NCBI GenBank assembly: GCA_963719555.1
Contig: CAVRCL010000005.1
Coordinates: forward strand, 201,606-265,605
DNA: 64,000 nucleotides
Origin: Thermoanaerobaculia bacterium
Lineage (GTDB): Bacteria > Acidobacteriota > Thermoanaerobaculia > Multivoradales > JAGPDF01
Direction of reading: 5' to 3'
Shown here: piece by piece, positions 21,059 through 32,519 of the stretch
Position numbering within the stretch: the stretch's first letter is position 1
How the letters are laid out: each line of letters begins with the position of its first letter
Translations under genes and position numbers: made by a program
The notes under the pieces: model-generated
Seen by the model: the letters and a program-made list of their open reading frames with translations, nothing else
Told to the model about the DNA's origin: nothing
Database searches by the model: none

Positions 21059-21427
21059 ATGACGAATCGACAGCGGCAGGCGGGTGACAGCAAGCTGGGA
21101 TGCATCCTCTGGAGTCTCTTGCTCATCGCCGGCGTGCTCATCGCCTGGAAGGCCGTGCCGGTCAAGATCGCGACCTCCGAGCTCTACGACTTCATGGTCG
21201 AGCAGGCGAAGTGGGCCGGCAATACGCCGGCCGAAGTGCTCCAGAAGCGCATCGTCAGCAAGGCGAACGAGCTCAACCTGCCGGTCGACCCCAAGTTCGT
21301 CTCGGCGGAGAAGACCGGCGACAAGATCCGCATGCGCGCCGTCTTCACCGTGCCGCTCGAGTTCCCGGGCTACACCTACGATTGGGACTTCGACCTGCAG
21401 GTGGAGCGCCCGATCTTCATCTGGTAG
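21059..21427 (+). CDS. hypothetical membrane-anchored protein
   Basis: Intact 122 aa with one N-terminal TM helix (CILWSLLLIAGVLIAW). No homology recognised. Confidence 0.5.
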   Translation: MTNRQRQAGDSKLGCILWSLLLIAGVLIAWKAVPVKIATSELYDFMVEQAKWAGNTPAEVLQKRIVSKANELNLPVDPKFVSAEKTGDKIRMRAVFTVPLEFPGYTYDWDFDLQVERPIFIW

Positions 21428-21458
21428 CCGCCGGGGACGGAAAGTCCGCCGCGACCTC

Positions 21459-22170
21459 ATGGCCTACACCCGATCTCTCGACGCCGTCGAGGTGCGCATC
21501 CTCGGCGCGCTGATGGAGAAGGAGCGCACGACTCCTGATCTCTATCCCCTGACGGTCAGCTCGCCTGCTCCAGGCCTGCAACCAGAAGACCAGCCGCGAT
21601 CCGGTCACCGACTACACCGAGACCGCCGTGGTCGAAGCGCTCGACCGGCTGCGCGCCGATGCGCTGGTCTTTCGCGTGCACGGCAGCCGGAGCGAGCGCT
21701 ACGAGCACTGCCTCGACCGCCGCTGGCATCTCGACACCGCCGGCTCCGCGGCGGTCATCGCGATGCTTCTGCTGCGCGGCGCGCAGACCGTCGCCGAGCT
21801 CCGGGCGCGAACCGCCCGGCTGCATCCGTTCGCCACCGCCGGCGAGGTCGAGGCGACGCTCGAGCGCCTGGCCGCAGGTCCCGACGCGCTGGCGCGCGAG
21901 CTGCCGCGTCAGCCCGGCCAACGCGAAACCCGCTGGATCCATCTCGCCGGCACCGAGGCGGTCGAGCGCGACCTCATGGCGGGCGTGCATCTTCCGCATC
22001 TTCCACATCTTCTGGGTGGCGGGGAGCGCCGGCCGGCCTCCGCGCCGCGCCGGAGCCGTCCAGCGCACGCCGCCGGCGGCCAGGTTGGCGAGCGCCTGGA
22101 GCGGCTCGAGGCGGCGGTCGCCGAGCTCGCTGCCGCGATGGCCGAGCTGCGGTCGCGGTTCGGGGAGTGA
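21459..22170 (+). CDS. YceH/DUF480 family protein; one frameshift
   Basis: MAYTRSLDAVEVRILGALMEKERTTPDLYPLT, then frame 21628.. AAVIAMLLLRGAQTVAELRARTARLHPFATAGEVEATLERLA...RETRWIHL and a C-terminal coiled coil. Colinear with E. coli YceH. Confidence 0.85.
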
Positions 22171-22188
22171 GGGCCGCGGCCTCCGGCG

Positions 22189-22935
22189 CTAGTCGCGCGC
22201 TGTCCGGGCGCTGCCGGCGAGCTCGCGCGCCAGCGCGGCGAGCGCGGCTTCCGGATCGGGAGCCTGGGTGAGCGGCCGGCCGATGACGATCAGGTCGGCG
22301 CCGGCGGCGATCGCCGCCGCCGCCGTCGCGGTCCGGCGCTGATCGTCCCCGGCACCGGAGCCATGCCCCGCCGGGCGGATTCCCGGCGCCACCAACTTGA
22401 ACGGCCGCGGTTCGGCGGCCCGCAGCGCCGCAAGCTCGAGCGGCGAGCAGACGACGCCGGCGGCGCCGGCCTCGCGCGCGAGATGCGCCCAGAGCAGGGC
22501 ACGGCGGGAGCTCCCGCCCGGCAGGTCGAGGCGCTCGAGGGTCGGCTCGTCGAGGTGGGTGAGCACGGTCACCGCGAGGAGCGCCACCCGGCCCTCCGCG
22601 GCTTCGGCTGCGGCCGCGATCATCGCCGGGCCGCCGGCGGCGTGGATCGTCAGATAGTCGACTTCGAGCTCGCGCGCCGAGCGCACCGCGCCGGCGACGG
22701 TGTTGGGGATGTCGTGCAGCTTGAGGTCGAGGAAGATCGCCCGCGCATGCCGGCGCGCGATCTCGATCGCCGGCGGGCCCCAGCGCACGAACGCTTCGAG
22801 CCCGACCTTGAGGACGCCCACCCGCGGCCCGAAGAGCGCGCACCAGCGCTCGAAGGTCTCGCGGTCGTTGGTGTCGAGCGCGACAGCGACCTGGCCCAGC
22901 CCGCTGGCTTCGACTGCTCCAATGCCCGCGCTCAT
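22189..22935 (-). CDS. pyrF: orotidine 5'-phosphate decarboxylase
   Basis: VALDTNDRETFERWCALFGPRVGVLKVGLEAF...IFLDLKLHDIPNTV...IVIGRPLTQAPDP. Start taken at M of MSAGIGAVE (22935). Confidence 0.85.
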   Translation of the reverse strand: MSAGIGAVEASGLGQVAVALDTNDRETFERWCALFGPRVGVLKVGLEAFVRWGPPAIEIARRHARAIFLDLKLHDIPNTVAGAVRSARELEVDYLTIHAAGGPAMIAAAAEAAEGRVALLAVTVLTHLDEPTLERLDLPGGSSRRALLWAHLAREAGAAGVVCSPLELAALRAAEPRPFKLVAPGIRPAGHGSGAGDDQRRTATAAAAIAAGADLIVIGRPLTQAPDPEAALAALARELAGSARTARD

Positions 22936-23896
22936 CGATTCCCTCCACGGACGCACCGCGCCGACGAGGTCGGTGACGCGTTCCACTTTCATCTCGACGA
23001 GCCGCGCCGCGAGACCGTCGACCAGACTGCTCGGCGGCGCGCGGGTTGCGGAAGAGCGCCGTTCCGACCTGGACGGCCGACGCTCCGGCGAGCAGGAACT
23101 CGATCACGTCGTCGACCGTCTCGACGCCGCCGATGCCGATCACCGGCAGGCCGACCTTCTTCGCCACGTCGTAGACGATGCGCACCGCGATCGGCTTGAT
23201 CGCCGGGCCGGAGAGCCCGCCGCGCGTCGTGTGCAGGCGCGGCCGACGCGTCCAGGGATCGATCGCCATGCCGAGCACCGTGTTGATCGCCGAGAGGATG
23301 TCGGCACCGCCGGCCTTCGCCGCTTCGCCGATCGCCACCGGCGAGGTCACGTTCGGCGACAGCTTCACCGCGATCGGTTTCGCGGTCACGTTGCGGACGC
23401 TGCGCACCAGACGCTCGAGGAGCGCAGGATCGTGGCCGAATTCGATACCGCCTTTGGTGACGTTCGGGCAGGAGACGTTGAGCTCGACCGCCGCGACGCC
23501 CGGGAAGGTTTCGACGCGCTCGGCGAGCCGGGCATAGTCGTCGAACTCGTAGCCGAAGAGGTTGACCACCACCTGCGCCGGAAAGCGTCCGAGCCCGGGA
23601 AGGACTTCGGCCAGGAACTTCTCGATGCCGATGTTCTGCAGGCCGATCGAGTTCAGCATGCCGCCGCGCGGCTCGCCGATGCGCGGTGGCGGATTGCCCT
23701 TGAGCGGCTGGAGCGAGAGTCCCTTGGTGACGATACCGCCCAGGCGGTCGAGCGCCGTCAGATGCCCGAATTCGAGACCATAGCCGAAGGTGCCGCTGGC
23801 GGTGAGAATCGGATTCGGCAGGTGGAGCGCGCCCAGCCGGACCGAAAGGTCCGGCGCGCGACGCGCGTCTTCCGGGGGGGATGCCGGTCCGCTCAC
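22936..23896 (-). CDS. pyrD: dihydroorotate dehydrogenase catalytic subunit (class 1B); C-terminal frameshift and no stop before pyrF
   Basis: GTG start overlaps the pyrK stop (GTGA). PILTASGTFGYGLEF, NSIGLQNIG, ELNVSCPN, AVKLSPNVT, IGIGGVETVDDVIEFLLAGASAVQVGTALFRNP. The tail LVDGLAARLVEMKVERVTDLVGAVRPWRE is in frame with pyrF. Confidence 0.75.
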
Positions 23897-24737
23897 CACT
23901 TCACCGCGTCGAAGGCGAACACCGGACCGTCCTTGCAGCAGAGCGCGAATCTCCCGTCGACGAGCTCGACGGCGCAGCCGAGGCAGGCCCCGAAGCCGCA
24001 GCCCATCGGCGTCTCGAGCGCGGCCTCGCCGGGCACGCCGTACTCGGCGCCGAGCTCCGCCAGGCGTTGCATCAGGCCCATCGGTCCGCAGGTGAAGATC
24101 CGGCGATATGCGCCGGCAGCGAGACCGCGCGCGAGCGGCGCCGTGATCAGGCCGCGCTCGCCCGCGCTGCCGTCTTCGGTGGTCGCGATCAGGCTGCCGC
24201 CGCTCGCCTGCGCCAGACTCTCGAACACGGCGCTGCGCACGAGATCGAGTCGGGTGCGCCCGCCATAGTAGAAGTCGAAGCGCGTGCCCGCGGCGAGGAG
24301 GCTGCCGCCCGAGGAGCAGAAGCGGCGCCGAGCCAACGCCGCCCGCGACGAGGGCCACCGGTCGGGAGTCGGCGGTATCGGTAGCATGGGCGGCATCGGC
24401 GGCGGCGGCTGGTCGGCAGCGGTCGAACCGAAAGGCTGGCCGAGCGGACCGAGCACCGCCAGGCGCTCTCCGGGGCGCTTGCCGGCGAGGGCGCGCGTGC
24501 CCGGACCGACGATCTTCACCAGCAACTCGATCCTGGCTCCGCGATCTGTTTTACTTACGTCGTGAACCGAGAAGGCGCGGCGCAGGTAGGGCTCGAGGCC
24601 GTCGGTGGTCTCGACCATGACGAACTGGCCGGGGAGAGTCTCGCGCCAGACCTCCGGACCGTCCAGAACGAGCGAAAAATAGGGCAGAGGGTGCGGGACG
24701 ACTTCGACGACTTGGCTGCTCGTATCGATGGGCTGCA
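23893..24737 (-). CDS. pyrK: dihydroorotate dehydrogenase electron-transfer subunit; frameshifted mid-gene
   Basis: MQPIDTSSQVVEVVPHPLPYFSLVLDGPEVWRETLPGQFVMVETTDG...LLVKIVGPGTRALAGKRPGERLAVLGPLG and C-terminal Fe-S cysteines (PMGCGFGACLGCAVELVDGRFALCCKDGPVF). Confidence 0.7.
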
Positions 24738-24819
24738 TTCGGGCTGTCGACTCTAGCAAACGACGACCTCGCGCCCGAACCAGCGAACGATCGCGCCGAG
24801 CCCAGAGCGAGCCCCCAAG

Positions 24820-26634
24820 AATGCACTCGACCACAGAGCCCACCCGCGAAGCGCCGCGACCGCGCTGGCGCAGCCCTTGCTGGCCGCTCCCGCCGGTTCT
24901 CGAGGCGGGCCTGGCGGCGCTCGTGCCGGCACTGCTCGCCGGTTTGCACCTCACGGGATTGCTCTACTTCCTGAATCCGCACCTCGACGCTCTCGCTCCG
25001 CGGGCTCGTCGAAGGGGCGCTGCGCCTCGGCGTTGCTGCTCGTGCCACTGTCGCTCGCCGGCCACTGGCTCGGGACGCGAATCAGGAACGTGCGCGTGCG
25101 CCGGCTGCTGCCCTGGAGTCTGACCGTGGTGCTGGGAGCTGCGGCGCTCGGCGATTGGGTCCATGCCTCGCGCTACTCGTTCTATCTTCCGCCCGGCATC
25201 AACGCCAACCTGATTCGCACCGCGTTCTGGTTGTCCTTCGCGTCGATCGTCGCCTTCTATACCGCTCTGTTGCACACCGAGCACCATCGCCGCTATGGCC
25301 GGCGAAGTCTCGTCCTGCTCGCCGTCGTGGTCGTCGGCAGCCTCTACGTCATGGTCGACCGGCGCGCGAGCCTACGCGCCGATCGTCGCCGGCCGGCCCC
25401 TTTCGCGCGGCCGCCTGCCGGCGCCGGCGCCGCACGTGCTGGTGGTCGGGATCGAAGGCGCGACGCTCGATGTGCTGCTGCCGCTGGCGCGCCAGGGGCG
25501 TCTGCCCTTTTTCGCCACCCTCTTCGACGAGGGCAGCTATGCCCGGCTCGAGAGCTTTCCGCCGGTGCGGCCGCTCGCGCTCTGGGCAAGCCTCGGCTCC
25601 GGCAAACTGCCCTTCCGCCACGCTCTCGCCGGTCCAAGCCTGCTCGATGCGCCCTGGCTCGGCGGTGCGGGCGAGCTGCGCCTGCTGCCGCTCGGTTTCT
25701 CCGCGCTCGGTCTCGACCGGCTGCTCGGTGACCATCGCCCGGTCCGGCAGGGCGACCGCAAGGTGCTCACGGTCTGGGAGATTCTCGCCCGGCTCGACCG
25801 CTCGACGGCGGTCATTGGCGCACCCGAGGCGCTGCTCAGCGCCACCGCTTCCGCAGCGCAGGCTGGCGACGCCCTGTTTCGCGGTGACGCGGCCGCCTCG
25901 CCCGCCCTCCCCGAGGCCTTCGCCGGTCGTCTCGACCTCCTGCGCGGCGCGGCGGCCAACCCGGACGGCGTGGACGGCAGCCCGGGCGCGGGTGCCCCTG
26001 CCGCGGGGGACGAGCCCCTGCGCCAGCTCGCGGCGGCGGCGCAGGCGCAGGATCGCTGGCGCGCCGCCGTCACCGCCTCGCTGCTCGGCGATTCGCAGCC
26101 GCCGGCGGCGCTCTTCCTCGATCTGCCCGGCCTGCTCGAGGTCGAGCTCCTGACCCTGGGAGGTTTTCACTCGGCCGAGATGAGCGGTTCGCGCGCCGGC
26201 GCCGACCGCCGAGCCGCCGCGGCGCTCACCGACTACATGGCTTTCCTCGACACGACGCTGGCGGAGCTCTGGGAGCGCCTCCCGGAGCCGCGCCTCCTGG
26301 CGGTGGTCTCCGCCTACGGTGTGGCGCCGCCCGCGGGATGCGCGCCGCGTGCTGGGCGAGGTCTGGCGCGCCCGCGGCCTCGGCGGGACTCTCGCCGGCG
26401 GTCCCGACGGCGTCCTGCTGCTGCGCGGCGACGGGCGTCCGTCGCGGTGAGGGGCTGGCGACGGCGCGCATCGTCGATCTCGTGCCGACGCTGCTCTACG
26501 CCGCGCGGCTGCCGATCGCGCGCGATTTCGACGGCCGCGTGCTGACCGAGGCTTTCGAGCCGGCGCTGCTGCAGCGGGTGCCGCTCACTTTCCTGCCGAC
26601 CTACGAGGATCTGCTGCTACCCGGCACGCGGTGA
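24820..26634 (+). CDS. membrane-anchored alkaline-phosphatase-superfamily protein (type I phosphodiesterase / nucleotide pyrophosphatase-like); multiple frameshifts
   Basis: N-terminal TM helices (LVPALLAGLHLTGLLYF; WLSFASIVAFYTALL). Then VLVVGIEGATLDVLLPLARQGRLPFFATLFDEGSYARLESFPPVRPLALWASLGSGKLPFRH. C-terminus RIVDLVPTLLYAARLPIARDFDGRVLTEAFEP. Confidence 0.5.
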
Positions 26635-26698
26635 GCGGAAGCCGCGGAAGCCGTGGAAGCGTGGAACCAGCGGGACCTGCGATCGGGCGATCGAGCGA

Positions 26699-27142
26699 TC
26701 AGGGTTTGGCGGGAATCCGGCCGACGACCTTCGCCGAGTGGCGCCCGCCGCCGCCGCCCCGGGCGTCGTGGCTTCGCTCGGCGTACGCTCTTCGCGCGGC
26801 GACCATCATCGAACTCTCGCCTTCGAGAACTCCGCCCTCTTCGATGATCAATGCGCGGGCGTGAACCCTGCCCTCGACCCTGCCGTGCGGGTGAATCGAC
26901 AGTCGCTGGGCGGCGAAGACCTCGCCCTTGACCAACCCCGAGACGAAGAGCCGCCCGACGCGGATCTCGCCATCGATCTCGCCCTTCTCGCCGACCACCA
27001 GGTCGCCATCGGAGATGACTTTTCCGACCACTTTGCCGTCGACGCGGAACGAGTGGTCGAACTTGAGCTCGCCTTCGAAGTGGCTGCCGACGTCGAGGAA
27101 GCCGGAGAGATCGCCGGGGGAGGACTTGCCGCGGAAGTTCAT
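26699..27142 (-). CDS. bactofilin
   Basis: Intact 147 aa. Bactofilin beta-helix core GKVVGKVISDGDLVVGEKGEIDGEIRVGRLFVSGLVKGEVFAAQRLSIHPHGRVEGRVHARALIIEEGGVLEGE. The start overlaps the parB stop. Confidence 0.85.
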   Translation of the reverse strand: MNFRGKSSPGDLSGFLDVGSHFEGELKFDHSFRVDGKVVGKVISDGDLVVGEKGEIDGEIRVGRLFVSGLVKGEVFAAQRLSIHPHGRVEGRVHARALIIEEGGVLEGESSMMVAARRAYAERSHDARGGGGGRHSAKVVGRIPAKP

Positions 27143-28016
27143 TTCCTATCTCCAGTCGGTCCGGTCGGTTCCGTGATCCGCTCGTAAAGACGGATCAGCT
27201 CTTCTTCCGAGTGAAAGTGAATCCGAATCGTACCGCCTTTGCCGCGCCGGTCGATCTCGACCCGGGTCTGGAGCTGCCGCGTCAGACGTTCTGCGGCGGC
27301 CGCGGCATGCGGCTCGGGACTCTTCCTGGCGCGCTTCCCGGGCGCTTCGCACCCGGCTTCTTGCCGCTGGCGAGCTCCTCCATGCTGCGCGCCGAGAGCC
27401 CTTCCCGCAGGGCGCGTTCCGCGAGCTCCTGCTGGCGCTCGGGATCGTTGATCGTCAGCAGCGGCCGAACCTGCCCGGCGGTCAGCCGTCCGGAGCGCAG
27501 GAAGTCCTGGATGGCCGGCGGGAGCTTCAGGAGCCGCAGGGTGTTGGTGACCGCCGGTCGCGCCTTGCCGACCCGCAGCGCAATCTCCTCCTGCGACAGG
27601 TTGAAGTTCTCCTGCAGCGTGCGGTAGGCCTCGGCCTCTTCCATCGGGTTGAGGTCGGAGCGCTGGAGGTTCTCGACCAGGGCGAGCTCGAGAAGCTCGC
27701 GGTCGTCGCGCACCTGGCGCACCACCACGGGCACCACGGCGAGGCCCGCGCGCTGCGCCGCACGCCACCGCCGCTCGCCGGCAACGATCGTATAAGTCCC
27801 TTTTCCTGTTGGACTTACGATCAATGGCTGGATCATCCCCTGGGTTCGGATCGAGGCCGCAAGCTCGTCGAGCTGGGAATCGTCGAACTCGGTCCGCGGT
27901 TGTAGGCGATTGGGATGGATCTGGGCGATGGGGAGGCTGCGCGTCGCCTCGGCAGCTTCGCTTGGCGCAATCAAGGCGGAAAGACCACGTCCGAGCCCGC
28001 GCTTCTTGTCGTTCAT
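27139..28016 (-). CDS. parB: chromosome partitioning protein ParB; one frameshift near the C-terminus
   Basis: MNDKKRGLGRGLSALI, LQPRTEFDDSQLDELAASIRTQGMIQPLIV, AGERRWRAAQRAGL, and C-terminal GKGGTIRIHFHSEEELIRLYERI in a second frame. Confidence 0.85.
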
Positions 28017-28771
28017 CTGGTTCGCCTCAAGAGCTCTCTCGCCACGGCCAGGTAGGCTTCCGCCCCCCGGCTCTTGATGTCGTAGTGCAGGATGGAAAGG
28101 CCGTGGCTGGGCGCCTCCGCGAGCCGCACGTTGCGCGGCACGACGGCCTCGAAAACCTTGGCCGGAAAATGCTCCCGCACTTCGCGTTCGACGTCGCGCG
28201 TGAGCTTCATCCGGTCGTCGTACATGGTAAGCAGGATGCCGGCGAGCGCGAGCTCTGGATTGAGCGCGCTGGTCACCCGGCGGATCGTCGACAGCAGCTC
28301 GCTCACCCCTTCGAGCGCGAAGTACTCGCACTGCAGCGGAACCAGAACCCCGGTCGCCGCCACCAGCGCCAGGATCGTCAGGTGGCCGAGCGACGGCGGA
28401 CAATCGATGAGGATGAAGTCGTAGCGCTCGGCGATCGTCGCGAGCTGGCTGCCGAGAACCTCCTCCCAGCGCTCGAGCCCGACGAACTCCACTTCGACGC
28501 CGACCAGGTCACGATCCGCCGGCAGGAGGTCGAGAAACGGGAAACCGCTCGGCACGATGGCGGCCTCGATCGGGCTCTCCCCCACCAGCACATGGTAGAG
28601 ATGCGGTGCGCGCGCGGTTTGGCCGAGCCCGCGCGTCGCGTTGCCCTGCGGGTCGCAGTCGACCAGCAGGACGCGCTTCTCGAGCGCCGCCAGACCGGCG
28701 GCGAGGCTGATCGCGGTGGTGGTCTTGCCGACTCCACCCTTCTGGTTGGCGATGGCGAGAATCGCGGTCAT
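28013..28771 (-). CDS. parA: chromosome partitioning ATPase ParA
   Basis: MTAILAIANQKGGVGKTTTAISLAAGLAALEKRVLLVDCDPQGNAT. Walker A, and overlaps the parB start. Confidence 0.9.
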   Translation of the reverse strand: MTAILAIANQKGGVGKTTTAISLAAGLAALEKRVLLVDCDPQGNATRGLGQTARAPHLYHVLVGESPIEAAIVPSGFPFLDLLPADRDLVGVEVEFVGLERWEEVLGSQLATIAERYDFILIDCPPSLGHLTILALVAATGVLVPLQCEYFALEGVSELLSTIRRVTSALNPELALAGILLTMYDDRMKLTRDVEREVREHFPAKVFEAVVPRNVRLAEAPSHGLSILHYDIKSRGAEAYLAVARELLRRTR

Positions 28772-29460
28772 TCGGTTCCCTGCAAGCCGCTCGGCAAGCG
28801 ATACTCCCGGAGGAATCGGTGACTCCCGGAGAGCGCCAAGGTCCGCCCGGCGACGAACGGCGGGGGCGGCGGCTCGGCGACCTCGCCGCTCCACAGCAGA
28901 ACCTGGGCTCCCGGCCCGAGATGCGGGAGAAGGGCCGACCAGGTTTTCGCTTCGAGGCGCAGCGCCCGAACGGTCACGACGGCGATCGGCCCTTGCAGAT
29001 CGATTCGCTCGCTCCGGTCGGGGACATCCGCGAGAGAACGCGGTGAAACTCTAGCATTCAGGCACCGGCACGACAATCGCGCCCGCCGGGCGGCGGTCGA
29101 AAGGAAAGCCCACTTGCGCTCGCGCGCTTCGACCAGGGTGACCGCGATATCCGGACGTGCGGCAGCCAGAATCCAGCCCGGGAAGCCCGCGCCCGAGCCG
29201 AGGTCGAGCAGCCGGACGCCCGGCTCCCCCGGCTTTCCGCGCACTGCGCGGCAGCCAGGCCAGCGCCGCCAGCGATTCGGCATAGTGACGCTCGAAGAGC
29301 TCGCCAACCGCCCCGGGTCCGATGAGCGCGATCGTGCCGGCCCAGCGGCGCAGCTCTTCATAATGCGCGCAGAGCTTCTGCAACAGGTCGGTCGAAAGCT
29401 CTTCCGGCCAGAACTTCCCGAGCCTGCGGGAGAACTCGGACTCGGTCAGCGCCTGGTAGC
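28768..29460 (-). CDS. rsmG: 16S rRNA (guanine527-N7)-methyltransferase RsmG (GidB); N-terminal frameshift
   Basis: LLDLGSGAGFPGWILAAARPDIAVTLVEARERKWAFL (frame 28768..29361) and LCAHYEELRRWAGTIALIGPGAVGELFERHYAESLAAL (frame 29051..29383). Confidence 0.8.
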
Positions 29461-29588
29461 TCGGTCATCTGGGCCTCGAGCGTCTCGCTGGCGGGCAGGG
29501 ACGGCGGGCAACGGCGGCGGCAGACGTTCCACGTGAAACATCTGCCGGCACCCGGCAGCCCGAAGGGGCGACACCGGCCCGGGCGGCC

Positions 29589-30459
29589 TCAGCTCGGTTT
29601 CGGCTCTGTGGCGGGAGAGACCTGGATGCGCTTTTCGGCGCCGAAGCCCTGGCTCTCCGTCGTCACCCGCGGATCGTCCACCAGCGCCAGATGGACGATT
29701 CGCCGGTCGGCCGACGAGAGCGGCTCCAGGAGAACCGCCTCCCCGCACGCCACGGCCTCTTCGGCGGCGCGCTCGGCGAGCTGCCGCAGCTCCTCCTCGC
29801 GTGCGCTGCGCAGTCCGCCGCCCTCGACCCGGCAGCGCACCATGCGGCCGGCAAGGCCCCGAATGGCCCGCGGCGCCAGATGTTCGAGGTCGTCCAGAAA
29901 CTCCTCTCCGAGGTCGCGCAACAGCGTCTTCATCCGGGCCGCTGAGCGAGATGACCAACCGATCCGGCCTGCCGTTCGACCTTGACCGCCAACTCGAGAC
30001 CGGCGAGCGCCAGAAGGCGGCCGACGGCAACCGCGGCCGCTATCTCCGACTCCTCGTCTGGCGGCAGGAACGGCTCCACGGGCAGAAGGTCCGTGCGCGC
30101 GCTGCGCAGCGGGCGGCGGCCCTGGGCGCGCCGGTGCTGGCCGGACGGGACGGACGGGCCTCTTCGGCGCGCGCCGCCGGAGCGCCCGCGGCCGGGGCCA
30201 CCGCGGTCGGCGACGCCCTCTGGGCTGGTGCCGGCGCCGGTATCGGCGCTGGCGCTGGCGAGTCCGCACTCGCGCGCTTCATGCGCTGCGGCGCCGCCGG
30301 TTCGACTTCGACGATGAAGCGCCGCACCCGGTTCACGAACCCGTGGCGCTTGTCGTAGAGCCGGTAGGCGAGCTCGTCCGGTGCCAGGCCGTGGTAGCGC
30401 GCCGCCGCCATCAGCGCCTGCGGCAGGGTGTTGCCGGCAAAGAAGCGCCGGGTCTTCAT
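29589..30459 (-). CDS. jag: Jag/KhpB RNA-binding protein (Jag_N + KH + R3H); frameshifted
   Basis: N-terminus [34 protein letters not shown] (frame 30040..30459). C-terminus [31 protein letters not shown] (frame 29589..30269). Confidence 0.7.
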
Positions 30460-32248
30460 GCAGCTCGCCTCCTTTGCGCCCGCCGCCCTTGACGACCGCG
30501 ACCTCTTTGCGGCTCATGGTCCTTGACCGAGTTGTAGAGCTTCTGCTGCGCGATCGTCAGGACGTTGTTGGTCAGCCAGTAGAGCACCAGGCCGCTGGCG
30601 AAACCGAGCGAGAAGATCGTGAAGACCACCGGCAGGAACTGCATCAGGCGCTTCTGCACCGGATCGGGCGGCGCCGGGGTCATCCGTTGCTGGACGATCT
30701 GCGACAGGCCCATGACGATCGGCAGGACGTAGTAGGGGTCCGAGGCGGTGAGGTCGTGGATCCAGACCGATCCAGGGCGAGCGCCAGAGCTCGACGGCCG
30801 ACGAGAGCAGGCTGTAGAAGGCGAAGAACACCGGCAACTGAATCAGCATCGGGAAGCAGCCGCCGGCCGGGTTGACCCCCTCCGAGCGGTAGAGCCCCAT
30901 GATCTCTTCGTTCATCTGCTTCTGGGCGTCGGAGTTGAAGCGCCCGTTCTTGTCGCGCAGCTTCCCTTTCCAGCGCTCGCGCACCGCCTGCATCTTCGGA
31001 TTGAGCTTCTGCATCTTGCGCATCGACTTGAACGCCGAGATCGAAAGCGGCAGCAGCACGATCTTGAGCGCCACGGTCAGCAGGACGATCGCCCAGCCGT
31101 AGTTCGCCACCACGTTGGCGTAGATCCACTGCAGGCTGTAGAGCAGCGGCCGGGCGAGGAAGCCGAACATGCCGAGCTGCACCGTCTTGTCGAGGCCGTA
31201 GGGCATGGCGGTGAGGTGGTCGAGCTGCTTCGAGCCCCAGTAGGAGGTGGCCTCGATGCGGCCCTCGCGGGCCTCGATCTCGAGCACGAAGTCGCGCGGC
31301 AGGTCCTTGTCGGTGGCGGCGATCTCCGCCGGCGGCGCCGGCACCGGCCGCGGTGTCGAACGTGCGCTCCTCGCCGGCCGGAACCAGCATCACCGGCCGG
31401 AAGCGCGCCTTCGCCACCGGCTGGTGCGGCACCACCGCGGTCAGGAAGTAGGTGTCTTCGAGGCCGACCCAGTTGAGGGTCTCGCCGGGAGCTCGAGAAC
31501 GGCTCCTTGGCCTTGGCGGGGTCGAGCGTCTCCACCTTGCCGGCGACACTCCACACCGCCCGGCGCAGCTCGAACCGGCTGGCGAGCTCGTCTGCCGTGC
31601 GCGCCCGCAGGCCGGGGCCGAGGAGCAGATTGAAGCTCTGCTCGGCCGGGCGCGGCGACGACGATCTCCATGCGGCCGTCGGGGCCGAGGAGGAAGCTCT
31701 TCTCCACCTCGCCCTGGCTGCCGCGATAGACGAAGTCCAGCCGCTCGCCGTCCTTCGTCGTCTCGCGCGTGGCGACGAAGAGGGCGGCGTTCGCGGCCAG
31801 CGGCTCGCCGCCCGGCCCGAGCAGCGAGAACGGCAGCGGACTCTCCTTGCGTGGCGCGACCAGTTCGAGCTCGCCGCCGCGGGGAACCCGCCGCCGACCC
31901 GACGTTCATGCCTTTGACCCGCAGCGAGACCAGACGGGCGCCGCGGTTGGTGAACTCGGCCCGCAGGGCGTCGTTCTCGAGCACTTCGCACGCTCCTCGG
32001 CGGCCGCGACCGGCGGCAGCTCGGGGGCCGCCGCCGCGACGGCGCCGGCGCTGCCGGCGCGGCTGTCGCCAGGGGCACCGCGCCGGCGGCGGACCCGCTC
32101 GCGCCGGCGCGCTGGGGTCGCTGCCGGCGCGGCGGCGACGGCCGGCCGCGGCGGCGCGGGTCGCCTCCGGCGGCGGGAAGACCATCTGCCAGAGGAACAG
32201 GACCGCCATCGACAGGACAGCGGCAATCAACAGGCGCTTGTTATCCAA
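30456..32248 (-). CDS. yidC: membrane protein insertase YidC; multiple frameshifts
   Basis: [21 protein letters not shown] (TTG start ~32248). Core region [22 protein letters not shown]...[20 protein letters not shown]...[17 protein letters not shown]-terminus [27 protein letters not shown]. Confidence 0.8.
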
Positions 32249-32249
32249 G

Positions 32250-32480
32250 GGTCTCGGGCTCCAGAAAGGAAGGGTCAGCGACGGCCCGAGGCGGGCAAGT
32301 CGATACCGCCGGCGCCGAACGGCTGGCAACGCAACAGCCGTCCGGCAGGCGCTCAAGAGCCACGCCAGAGACCCTGTTCGAGCAGGGCCAGGCGGGCATA
32401 TTCGGAACAGGTCGGCGAGAAGCGGCAGGCCGGGGGCAAGAGCGGCGAAAGCCAGCGCTTGTAGCCTAGCGAGCAGGGCG
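32250..32480 (-). CDS. yidD: putative membrane protein insertion efficiency factor YidD; frameshifted, weak
   Basis: [27 protein letters not shown], in the position between rnpA and yidC. Similarity to YidD is only pattern-level. Confidence 0.35.
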
Positions 32481-32519
32481 ATCAGCAGCCGTTTCATGGC
32501 GGGCCCCGGTCGCCCGCGC

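Noticed and set aside
21974-24358. 794-aa minus-strand ORF
   Set aside because: A composite. Only the central ~300 aa (pyrD) are real; the rest is off-frame read-through across pyrF and pyrK.
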